From NCBI RefSeq assembly GCF_008065095.1, contig NZ_CP042911.1:3930001-3962000 (forward strand): 32,000 bases of DNA, given 5' to 3'. This DNA is from Gemmata obscuriglobus (GTDB lineage: Bacteria > Planctomycetota > Planctomycetia > Gemmatales > Gemmataceae). Both the position numbers and the translations under genes were made by a program. Under the pieces are notes generated by a model that was not told the origin of the DNA, did no database searches, and was given only the letters and a program-made list of their open reading frames with translations. Positions within the stretch are counted from its first letter, which is position 1, and the number at the start of each line of letters is the position of its first letter. This document shows positions 7,591-16,815 of the stretch, in pieces.

Positions 7591-8547
7591 CTATGACTTC
7601 CGGCTTCCCGGCTTAACGCTTTGGTGGACGGTCGCGTCGCCCTCGGACTCGACCACCGCCTCTTCCTTGCGAACGGTTCCGCTAACGGTCTTGTTCTCTC
7701 GCACTTTCCGCGTGCCGACAGTCACCTCCTCGGTGACGACCGGCTCTTTGGTGACGCGAACCCGCTCTTCCTTCACCGGGATGCGAATCTCTTCGGCGTT
7801 CATTTCGGCGGACGCCGCACGACCACTTGCCGGGCGGCGCTCGACGACCACTTCCTCGCGCTCGACCGGGACGGTGATCTGCTTCTGCTCCGTGTGAACC
7901 TCCTTGCGCACTTTCACCCGCCCGGTTTCGATCGTGTCCTTCTTGGCCCGCAACTCCTCCTCGCGGAGTTGGATCACACGCCCGTCTTCCGAACGGAACT
8001 CGCCGTCGGCCACCAGGTTGGCCCGGTCGGCCCGGACCGCGCCCCAACCGGTGCGATCGAACCCGCTGCGACGGTGCATGATGTCACGTGCCTCGAGCGC
8101 GCGCCCGTTGGCTTCAACGGTCACGAGGTACCGGCCGCTTTGTACTTCGTTCTGGTAGTACTCGGCATCCTCTTCCGGGACGCCCCATCCGACCAGCGCG
8201 CCCGCGATGCCACCCGCAGCCGCCCCGGCACCGGCACTGAGCAGGGCCGCGGCCAGTGGCCCGACGGCCAGCACCGGGCCGATCACCGGAATCACCCCGA
8301 GCGATACGGCCAAGGAACCGAGCGCCATGGCCCCGGCGCCAACGGCGGCCCCTGCAACTGCACCCTCTTCGGCGTACGTGTCGCCGGCCGCTCCGTCGGT
8401 CACAGTTTCACCGTTCTCGTTCTTGTAGACGAGCCCGATCTTGGCCTCATCGAACCCAGCGGCCTTGAGATCCTCAATGGCCTGCTCGGCGCGGCCCTTC
8501 GACTCGAACACGCCGACGGTGGCGGTGTGCTTCTTGCGCGTTGGCAT
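7591..8547 (-). CDS. YsnF/AvaK (DUF2382) domain stress-response protein with a YflT-like N-terminus and a Gly/Ala-rich hydrophobic segment
   Basis: ATG at 8547 lies 8 nt after GGAGG. N-terminus TVGVFESKGRAEQAIEDLKAAGFDEAKIG. Gly-zipper-like AGAAVGAGAMALGSL... C-terminal repeats of the ..EE.RV.KE.V..EEV.V.. type, typical of DUF2382. Confidence 0.8.
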   Translation of the reverse strand: MPTRKKHTATVGVFESKGRAEQAIEDLKAAGFDEAKIGLVYKNENGETVTDGAAGDTYAEEGAVAGAAVGAGAMALGSLAVSLGVIPVIGPVLAVGPLAAALLSAGAGAAAGGIAGALVGWGVPEEDAEYYQNEVQSGRYLVTVEANGRALEARDIMHRRSGFDRTGWGAVRADRANLVADGEFRSEDGRVIQLREEELRAKKDTIETGRVKVRKEVHTEQKQITVPVEREEVVVERRPASGRAASAEMNAEEIRIPVKEERVRVTKEPVVTEEVTVGTRKVRENKTVSGTVRKEEAVVESEGDATVHQSVKPGSRKS

Positions 8548-9068
8548 GGTGCCGACCTCCAAAGGTGCGAAGCGATCCACTCGATCGCATCGCCCGTGAT
8601 TCAGCACGGTGCGTGCCGCTCGACGGAGTAATTGCTGATGTGCGGTGTCACATCGCAACCGACACGTGGCAACACATGCGAGTCCCGGGGCGAAATTAAA
8701 CGCAAAACAGAGTCGAGGTTCTTTGGACGATCTGAAACGCGGAAGGCCACGGTCCTTCCGACGGCTCTGGCGTCAGGTGCTCTGGTTCTCGGCACAATCC
8801 TGACAGGGAAAATACCCCGCGGCGAGTGCCTCGCGCGGTTGAGGACCATCCCGACAAAAATGCCCGGCACTGGCCCGCGAGAATTGGGTGTACCGCGCCC
8901 ACCCGACGGACTATTTTCTCACGCCGCTGCGCGATCTGTGATCTCACGCGCGTTTCAGAACCGGTCCGGGGAACGCTGCTCAAGCGATCTCGGCTCTCTT
9001 ACGAACGCGTAGCGGTAGAACCGAATTTCGCTCGTGGACAGAAGCAGGCTCCGCCGATGTATCGAATC

Positions 9069-9344
9069 GGGTGTAACCGGTCGGGCTCTCTGAGGGAAGT
9101 TCAACAGCTTCAGGCACTTGCGTATTTGTCGACGGCGTTACTTGGTGGGCCTGGGATGTTCTTGGATTTCAGCGCTGCAACCCTGCGGAATCCAGGCGAA
9201 GCATGTCGGTGAGTACGGGAGCTACGAGCGAAGCGAAATCCGGAGCCCCGCCCGAATGCCCCGGTTCGGTCATGGAAGACGACGCCGAGCGGGAAAATCC
9301 CTTTGAAAACGTTGCTTTCCGCGAGAGCCCGATCGGTTATACCC
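9069..9344. mobile_element. MITE copy B, intact, 276 bp
   Basis: 22-bp terminal IR: gggtgtaaccggtcgggctctc and gagagcccgatcggttataccc. Flanks are tatcgaatc and attcgaatc (7 of 9 identical). No credible ORF. Confidence 0.75.
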
Positions 9345-9516
9345 ATTCGAATCAACCTTTCACATGGCTGTTGTTTTTTGGGTTCTCCGCCAAGCTTGTG
9401 GAAAAGTACTGAACCGACGTATCATGTTCGAGCCGGGCGCGGCGGCCCAGCCCACTCCGAGCTTCGCGATGGCCAACACAACCGGGTCGAACTTCTGGGC
9501 CGAACGCCTCGACTTA

Positions 9517-10831
9517 GGCATGAGCGGGATGTTACCTTCCCAGTTCTTTGGGTCGGATGGTGAGGCTCCACTTGGGCAGTGTGGGTGAGCGGGTCAGTCA
9601 TGCGGCGATGGGGCGGAACACGGTCTTCGTCAGCCGCACGCCCCGCTCGTATGCGGCAGTCGTCTCCCGGATGATCGGCCGGAGCCCCCGCCACGTCATC
9701 GTCCCCGCCCACCGCAACACGTCGGCCACCGACGACAGCAACGCCCCATTCCAGTGCCGCTCCAGGATCCCCCAGCACCGCTCGATCGGGTTTTACTTGC
9801 TGTGGTGCGGCGGCAGGTACGCCAGTTCCACCGTCACCCGGTGCCGGTCCGCGAACCCCACCATGCGGTTCAGGAATTGGGTCCGGGAGCTGGCGACCTC
9901 GGGGCCGTTGTCCAGTTCGATGTGCAACCGCCGGACGCCGCCGTGGACTACCTTCCGCTCGTTCCACCAAAGGTCCAACCCGTCGGCCAGGAAGTCGCTC
10001 GTCTCCTTCGAGTGGCCGAACAGGAACCACGGCTGGTGGATCGGCACCGCCCCGCGGTTCATCTCCAGAACCCCGAACGGGACCAAGATGGACTCGGGAG
10101 CTATGTCGTGATCGAGAGCTCTCACCGCCTCGCCGCCGCGGGCCTCGCCGCCGCGGGAGAAGTCGCCCACCTTCACCTTCGCCTTGGTATCTATGGAGAT
10201 CCTCAGTGCGTCCTGATCGGCCGCGGTCTCGGCGCGGGTTTGCTGGACGTGGGCGAAGATGGCGTCGGTCTGGGGGACCTTTTTTGCGGCCGCGCCTTCT
10301 GAACCCGGCGGAGCTTGTACCCGAGGCGGTTCAGGATGTCACCGACGGTCTGGCGGGTCGGTACCTTCCCGGCCCGTTCGGGGACGGCCAGCAACGCCTC
10401 GCGGACGGCCTTGGCGGTGACTCGGGTGTAGGCGAACGGGGTCTGGAACGTGGGGTCGGCCTGGGCGTGTGGATCGACCAGGCGGCGGATGTGGGCTTCG
10501 ACCTCGGGGTGCAAGTCCTCGGTCGCCGTCCGCCCGCGGGATTCGAAGTCCTCGACGCACCGGATGCCGGTCCGGAGTTCGTTCAGGCCGGTGTGGACGG
10601 TGCCGCGTCCCCACCCGAAGGTGGTCTCGGCGTGGCGGGCGGAGCCGCCGCAGTAGGTATGAGCCATCTCGGCTTGGAATCGTCGCCGCTTGTGCCCGGT
10701 GAGCAGCGTCGCGGCGAGTAGGATGGCCCGCCGCGCGTCGTCCGTGAGTTCTGCCATCACGACCTCCCCCGTGAGGCATACCTTGTAGCCGATCCCAGAG
10801 GTCACTGGGAGATCACCTTCCCGCTCATGCC
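9517..10831 (-). mobile_element. ISAzo13-family IS, copy 2 (diverged), 1315 bp
   Basis: Terminal IR ggcatgagcggga.. and ..tcccgctcatgcc (13 bp perfect, then imperfect). TTA on both sides (9514..9516, 10832..10834). Removing it restores the ISL3 reading frame. Confidence 0.85.
9598..10757 (-). pseudogene. ISAzo13-family transposase with an in-frame TAA
   Basis: ATG at 10757 follows GGAGG (MAELTDDARRAILLAA..). -1 junction at CAA AAA AGG (T6 on plus, 10280..10285). DDE frame ..KKVPQTDAIFAHV..LDNGPEV..YLPPHHSK*NPIERCWGILE.. with TAA at 9793..9795 where copy 1 has Tyr. Confidence 0.8.
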
Positions 10832-11337
10832 TTACCGGGCGTCGTCGTCGTCCACCATGACGACGACGTGCCCAACAAGGGCATCGTTTCACCGTGACGC
10901 CACGCCACGCGGTGGGCATTTGTCCGCACTGCGGCAAGCCCACCGAGGCTATCAAGCGGCGCCGCAATCGCGACCGAATCGTGGACCGGCCGATCGGCTC
11001 TCGGGCGGTCGAGTTAACCGTTCGGGCCGATCCGTTCGCATGCGGCGCGCGCGTTGCTTCACCCCGCCGATCGACTTCTTGGCGGACGGTGCCCATGCCG
11101 CCGAGCGCGTGCTCCGCCGGGCCGCCGAACTGATCAACATGCCGATGTGGCCAACTCGGCCCGGTTCTTCGCGCTACCCGAGAAGAGCCGGGTCCGCAGG
11201 TATTACGAGTACCTGGAGCGCCAGCAGCAGCGGGCCGCGAAGGTCCCGACGCCCCCGATCCGGCGCATCGGGTATAGTGGACCCCGAAAACTGGACCGCC
11301 GGTTAAGCTATACCGGAGGCCCAGGAAAGGGGAACCC

Positions 11338-11625
11338 ATGGCGGGCAAGCGGAAGAGTCACTCGGCGGCGTTCAAGGCCCAGGTCGCGCTGGCGGCCCTC
11401 AAGGGCGACAAGACCATCAACGAACTGGCGAGTCAGCACGGCGTCCACCCGACCCTGATTCATGGGTGGAAGAAGCAGTTGCTCACCGGGGCCGAGGCCG
11501 TGTTCGCCTCGGGGGCGAAGGGCACCGGCCCCCCGGAAGACAAGACGACCGAGTTGTACGAGCAGATCGGCCGCCTCAAGGTGGAACTCGACTGGGTGAA
11601 AAAAAAATCGGCCGCCCTCGGCTGA
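11338..11625 (+). CDS. IS3-family transposase OrfA
   Basis: 95 aa: MAGKRKSHSAAFKAQVALAALKGDKTINELASQHGVHPTLIHGWKKQLL..LYEQIGRLKVELDWVKKK... Contains the A9 run at 11599..11607. Confidence 0.85.
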   Translation: MAGKRKSHSAAFKAQVALAALKGDKTINELASQHGVHPTLIHGWKKQLLTGAEAVFASGAKGTGPPEDKTTELYEQIGRLKVELDWVKKKSAALG

Positions 11626-12466
11626 GGCCAAGCGTGCCCGGATCGAGGCCGAGCACCCGGAGCTGAGCGTCCGGCGCCAGTGCGAGCTGATCGGATTGAA
11701 CCGCTCGACGGTGTACTACGAGCCGACCCCGGAGAGCGCGGAGAACCTGACGCTGATGCGGTTGATCGACGAGCAGTACACGACGTGCCCGTTCTACGGG
11801 AGCCGGCGCCTGGCCGCGTGGCTGGGCACCCAGGGCCACGAGGTGAACCGCAAGCGGGTGCAGCGGCTGTTGCGGATCATGGGGTTGGAGGCCCTGTACC
11901 CCAAGCCCAAGCTGTCGGTCGGGTCCGGGCACAAGGTGTACCCGTACCTGTTGCGGGGCGTGGCCATCGACCGGGTCCATCAGGTGTGGAGCACGGACAT
12001 CACGTACATCCCGATGCCCACCGGGTTCATGTACCTGGCCGCAACGATGGACTGGTTCAGCCGGTACGTGGTGGCCTGGCGACTGTCCAACACGTTGGAC
12101 GGGTCATTCTGCCAGGACATGCTGGAGGAGGCCTTGGGCCGGGGCAAGCCGGAGGTGTTCAACACGGACCAGGGAGTCCAGTTCACGGCCGCCGCGTGGG
12201 TCGGGCGATTGGAGCGGGCCGGGGTCGCGGTGAGCATGGACGGGCGGGGCCGGTGCCTGGACAACGTGTTCGTGGAGCGCCTGTGGCGGAGCGTCAAGTA
12301 CGAGGACGTGTACCTCAAGGGTTACGAGTCGGTGCCGGCCCTGGAGAGTGGGCTCCGGGCGTACTTCGGGTTCTACAACACCGAGCGGTTACACCAGTCC
12401 CTGGACTACCGCACCCCGGCTCAGGTGTATGGCGTCGGAGCCACGAAGGCCCCGACGAAACAGTAG
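11600..12466 (+). CDS. IS3-family transposase OrfB (DDE core)
   Basis: The frame opens at 11600, right after a TGA inside the A-run. The first start listed in the ORF track is TTG at 11696. Motifs: ..HQVWSTDITYIPM..MYLAATMDWFSRYVVAW.., ..FNTDQGVQFT.., ..CLDNVFVERLWRSVKYE... It is in the +1 frame relative to orfA. Confidence 0.85.
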   Translation, partial: KKNRPPSAEAKRARIEAEHPELSVRRQCELIGLNRSTVYYEPTPESAENLTLMRLIDEQYTTCPFYGSRRLAAWLGTQGHEVNRKRVQRLLRIMGLEALYPKPKLSVGSGHKVYPYLLRGVAIDRVHQVWSTDITYIPMPTGFMYLAATMDWFSRYVVAWRLSNTLDGSFCQDMLEEALGRGKPEVFNTDQGVQFTAAAWVGRLERAGVAVSMDGRGRCLDNVFVERLWRSVKYEDVYLKGYESVPALESGLRAYFGFYNTERLHQSLDYRTPAQVYGVGATKAPTKQ

Positions 12467-13293
12467 CGAAGGATAGCAACTTTTTGGTCTAGACAATGGG
12501 GTCCACTGTAGGGGTCGACGAACTGTCATTAAAAAGCGGCACCGGCCGCTCGTCGCCGTGATCGTCGATCACGGCCACCGGTGTGTGCTCGACGTGCTGG
12601 AGGACCGCGAGAAAGCGACGGCTGTGGCGTACTTGGAAGCGGCCAAGGGGAGCGGCTTGTTGGCGTCGGTGGAGGAAGTGACGACGGACATGTGGTGCGC
12701 CGACGCCGAAGCCGCGCGGGACGCATTCGGCGAGGCATCGCCATTACGATCGAACGGTTCCACGTCATGAAGAGCTTCCAGGATCGCCTGACGGCGGCCC
12801 GTCGGGAGTTGCCGCGCGGGCGGCCCGCGGAGGCCAGGGCGAAGCTCAAAGGGGGCCGTTGGTGGTGGGTGACGAACCCGGAGAACCTGTGCCAGGAGCA
12901 TCCGGAATCGTTCGCCGAACTGCGCGTTCAGTTGCCGGTGCGGGCGGCGTTGTGGGAACAGCGGGAGCAACTCCGCGCGATCTTCGAGGACCGAACGATT
13001 CGGACCCCGGAAGGCGGGCGGGAACGGTTGGAGGGTTGGATCGCCGGTGTTCGGAAGTTGCGATTGGCCGCGTCGGAGAAGTTCTGCAAGACGCCGACGA
13101 ACTGGATGGGGAAGATCACTCACTACTTTCGAGCGCGCAGCTGTAACGGTTGAACGGAAGGGCTCAACCACGGCATCCGGACCATCCTCTGGCGGGCGTT
13201 CGGGAGGGTCAACTTCAAGAACTTCCGCCTCCGCGTACTGCACCGGTTCGGATGCCCTAAAGAATGAACTCCCCCAAGACTGGTGGAGAACCA

Positions 13294-13597
13294 CTTTACC
13301 CAAACCACGGGAGCAGTGTTTCAAGGAGTAGCCGAGCACCTTAGACCACGCGCGTCCGTGATCCTTTAGTAGCTTCTCCTCATGTGCCTTGAGTTCAGCT
13401 CGGCTCGGATCGTCGTCGGACAGGTGGGCAAGTGCAACTTGTGTGCGGATGAAATTAGCCCGTGCGGGAACCACGTCTGGGGTGGCTTCAGACCATGCGC
13501 TGGGGTGCTCGGCAAGTCAGTCGGCGAACACCAATCGTGGGGTGTCGTCGTCGAGATTGTTCAAGATCGCGTCGATGAACCCGGCGAGTTCAGACAT
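13294..13597 (-). pseudogene. TIGR02996-like N-terminal stub (nonsense mutation, C-terminus removed by ISL3)
   Basis: MSELAGFIDAILNNLDDDTPRLVFAD*LAEH..ARANFIRTQVALAHL... TGA at 13517..13519 falls where the paralogs have the Trp of ADW. The reading frame runs straight into the ISL3 right IR. Confidence 0.65.
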
Positions 13598-14485
13598 CAG
13601 GTGTCGCACTAATTGGAATGGGTGTAACCGGTCGGGCGCTCAAACGGCGAGCGGCCAATCGAGTCCCCGGAGTACCGTTCGGTTCGGGTAGAGGCGTTCG
13701 GTCTCGGCCTCGATCCGATGTTGCTGGAACGTCTCCCACGACCCGTTGAGGTACTCGCTGCGGACATCCAACATGGCTTGCGCGCCGTCCCGGGTCCACC
13801 GCATCCCGGACCGCTCCATCCGATCTTTCACATACGACCGACACGCGCCCTCGATCACCCCGCTGGCGATCGGGTACCCCTTCGCCAGGTACTCGTCGTA
13901 CCGCATCCGAATCTCGTTCCCCTTCAGGTACCGACAGATCGTCCCCAAGCGGGACCTCTTCGATTTGCACAGGCGCCGCCGTGTGCCCATGCGCCGCAAC
14001 CCGATCACCACCCCGCGGTTGTCGCCCGCCAACATGCGGTGTAACCGGTCCCGCACGAACGGCACCACGTCGTCGCTCCCCTCCGGGTGGAACAGGTGCG
14101 CCGCCTGCCACAGCCGGGGGGGCCACGTGCAGCAGGTCCAGAACCTCCACGGCGCCCGCCGGCAGGTGCTCGCGGCACCCGCCCCACCGCGCCTCCTGGC
14201 CGTCCATCACGCACACCACCTCTTTCGTCGCACCCGGGTTCCGCCGCCCCAACTCCGCACCGAGCCACTCGAAAACGGCTCCGATCGGCTCACCCAGCGA
14301 GCCGTCCGGGGCGGCACTGAGCCGGCCCCACACGTTCTTGCCCGCCGGTTCGGGGCAGGCGCGGGGTAGAGTCGCGTCCCCGCGCGGGTCGCGGAACAGG
14401 GCCGCCACCACCTGCGCCGGGGTTCGCACGTGCCGGTCCACCGAGTACACGGCCCCGACAATGGCCATCCGCTTCTTGTTCGCTT

Positions 14486-15715
14486 CAGGGCTACGCACGG
14501 ATTGGTGTTGGGTAAGTTGCGGCGTGTGGGTATGTGCGGTTCCTCATTTTAGGAGCGGCACACATGGCCTGGTCCCTGGTCGAGCGTTTGGCGGAGTTAC
14601 CGGACCCGCGGAGCCGTCACGGTCGCCAGTATCCGCTGGTCGGGCTATTGACCTTGTGCCTGGTGGCGGTGATGGGCGGGCACACCACGCCCGAGGCGAT
14701 CTCTCAATTCGGGCGGCTGCGGCAGAAGCGGTTGGGTCACGCGCTGGGGTTTCGTAACGGCAACATGCCGTGTCCCAACACCATCGCCGGGCTGCGGCGG
14801 CGGTTGGACCCGGACCGCCTGGACGCGATCATCGGGGCGTGGCTCAGGGATCGGCACCCGGACGGGTGGGAGCACCTGGCGTTGGACGGCAAGCGGCTGT
14901 GCGGGTCGCGCGACGGCCAGGTGCCGGGCACCCACCTGCTGGCGGCGTACGCCCCACAGGTGTCCGCGGTGGTCGCCCAGATGACGGTCGAGGCCACGAC
15001 CAACGAGCACAAGGCGGCGCTCCGGTTGTTGGGCGTGTTGCCCTCGCTGGGTGGGACCGTAGTCACCGGTGATGCCATCTTCACCCAACCGGACGTGTGT
15101 GCCGCGGTGCAACACAAGGGTGGGGACTACATCCTGTACGCCAAGAGCAACCAAGGTACGCTACGGGCCGACCTGGAGGCCGCGTTCGCCACCGCCGCGG
15201 GTGGCGACTTTTCCCCCCGGGTTACAGGGCGCGTGGGATCGGGACGCGGGAACGGCAGTTGAGGTGAGCAAGGGGCACGGGCGGGTCGAGCGGCGGTCCA
15301 TCACAACCACCACGTGGCTCAACGAGTACCTGACCCGGTGGCCCGGGGTGCAGCAGGTGTTCCGACTCGAGCGCCAGCGCCGGGCCGATGGGAAGACGAC
15401 CGTGGAGGTGGTGTACGGGATCTCCAGCCTCAGCCCGGTGGCCGCGCCTCCGGACACGGTGCTCGGGTACACCCGCAGCCACTGGGGCATCGAGAGCTTG
15501 CACTACGTCCGCGATGTGACCTTGGACGAGGACCGATGCCGAGTGCGCCGGGGCACGGCACCGCGGGTGCTGGCGTCGCTGCGAAACGTGGCCGTGTACC
15601 TGCTCCGGCGCCTCGGCGCCGGCACCATCGCGGCGGCCGTTCGGACCGTCGTTGCCAGACCTGAGCTGGCGCTGGCTGCGCTCAACCAGCCAATTTCAAT
15701 CTCTGAGTAGCCCTG
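14486..15715 (+). mobile_element. ISAs1-family IS, 1230 bp
   Basis: Terminal IR cagggctacgca.. and ..tgagtagccctg (9 bp perfect). Perfect 10-bp direct repeat ttgttcgctt (14476..14485, 15716..15725). Excision restores ISKra4 ..GDKANKKRMAIVG... Confidence 0.85.
14564..15710 (+). pseudogene. ISAs1-family transposase, frameshifted in a C6 run
   Basis: ATG at 14564 follows AGGAG. N-terminus MAWSLVERLAELPDPRSRHGRQYPL.. (H-repeat-associated type). The second frame reads ..KGHGRVERRSITTT..WPGVQQVFRLERQR..HWGIESLHYVRDVTLDEDR... One C fewer in 15213..15218 would join the two frames. Confidence 0.75.
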
Positions 15716-16815
15716 TTGTTCGCTTTATCGCCCTTGCCCCGCCGGGCCTTGGGCTTCGGATCACGGGGCCGCGCCGCATCGAGATGCCCTTGCCGTCGGC
15801 CGAGGCCACGAACACCGCGCCCTCGTCGGACGGTGCCGGAACCGGACGCGCGTCCCGGAACGTCCCGACCGCGGCCCCCATGTGGCGGTTGTTGCCCTCC
15901 AGGGAATCGACCGGTTGCTCGACCCCGAGGATGTCCCCGAGGGTGGCCGCGACTCGGGCGAATGCGGACTCGGCTCCCAACGCCTGGTTCCACCCCTAGA
16001 GCAGGTACGAATACGCGCCGTCGGGCACCTGGAGCCGGTTGTCCAGCGGAACCAGGACGATCTTCTGTCCGTCCCGGGGGCCGTAGCAAGTGCGGGTCAA
16101 CGTGAAGTCCCCGAACACCGACCGATACTCGCGGGTGTGGGTGGTCGGGAGCCGGCGGGCGCTCGACCCGTCCGGGAGTGGGACCTCGGGTCCCACGTCC
16201 CCGGTGCCGCTGAGCGCGAGGAACCGGGCGAACGCGGCCCGCCCCAACTTCAGCACCTGATCCCAGATGCCGCGCTCGACCTCGTGGGCCGGTTGCCCGC
16301 GCTCGGCCGCGTGACGAACGAAGTCGAGCAGGTGGTCGGTGAGCGTGCTCAGGGACGGGCATTGCCGATCTCGGCGACGTGTGCGATCATAGCTCCGGCC
16401 TTCTTGGTTCGGGTGATTGGTGGCGTGGTAACCCTGATTGTCCGCCAAGAAGGCCATTTCGTCGCTTCACTCACGCACAAAACCCCTACCGGACGGGACT
16501 TCACGCCGAGCGCCCGACCGGTTACACCCAATTGGAATCGCCAACCGGTTCCAATTGCTCGGCCGGTCAGATGATTTCGTGATTGCATGGATGCTAAATT
16601 GTGCAATCCTTGCCGTCAATCGTACGGATGGAACGCAGCGGGACGTGGGCATCCCTATGCCTTGAGTGTGGCCCGCTTGCTCCGCGAGCGGTGCTTCGCG
16701 CATCAAAGCAACAGGTGTTCAATGCGCCCAGCACGGCGTTGCCACCACTCGCGGAGCGAACCACACTCAAGACCAAAATGCCGTTGTCTCAAGAGCCGCT
16801 TTTGAGCGGGCGCGG

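Larger units (their letters stand above)
11273..12510 (+). mobile_element. IS3-family IS, copy 2, 1238 bp
   Basis: Terminal IR tatagtggacccc and ggggtccactgta (12/13). 3-bp direct repeat ggg (11270..11272, 12511..12513). Excision restores ISL3 ..RRIG|VDELSL... Confidence 0.8.
9424..13267 (+). pseudogene. ISL3-family transposase (split by two IS, several frameshifts, one stop)
   Basis: The frame can be followed across both insertions. Segments: MFEPGAA..ERLDL (to 9516); PGVVVVHHDD..ICPHCG..PIRRIG (10835..11272); VDELSLK.. (from 12514); TDMW..ERFHVMKSF..RSCNG*TEGLNHGIRTILWRAFG..RVLHRFG. Frameshifts include one in the A5 run at 12531..12535. TGA at 13151..13153. Confidence 0.7.
9381..13292 (+). 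mobile_element. ISL3-family IS, decayed, carrying two nested IS
   Basis: Imperfect terminal IR: ggttctccgccaagcttg (9381..) and caagactggtggagaacc (..13292), 15/18 matching. It is interrupted by 9517..10831 and by 11273..12510. No flanking direct repeat seen. Confidence 0.7.
13640..16457 (-). pseudogene. ISKra4-family transposase (one nonsense codon, two frameshifts, one IS insertion)
   Basis: Segments: MAFLADNQG..SYLL*GWNQALGAESAF..ADGKGISMRR; frameshift; ..PKARRGKGDKAN|KKRMAIVGAVYSVD..; frameshift; ..GYPIASGVIEGACRSYVKDRMERSGMRWTRDGAQAMLDVRS... TAG at 15996..15998. Confidence 0.75.
13620..16529 (-). mobile_element. ISKra4-family IS, decayed, carrying a nested ISAs1-family IS
   Basis: Perfect 22-bp terminal IR: gggtgtaaccggtcgggcgctc (13620..13641) and gagcgcccgaccggttacaccc (16508..16529). 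Perfect 9-bp direct repeat aattggaat (13611..13619, 16530..16538). Confidence 0.8.
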
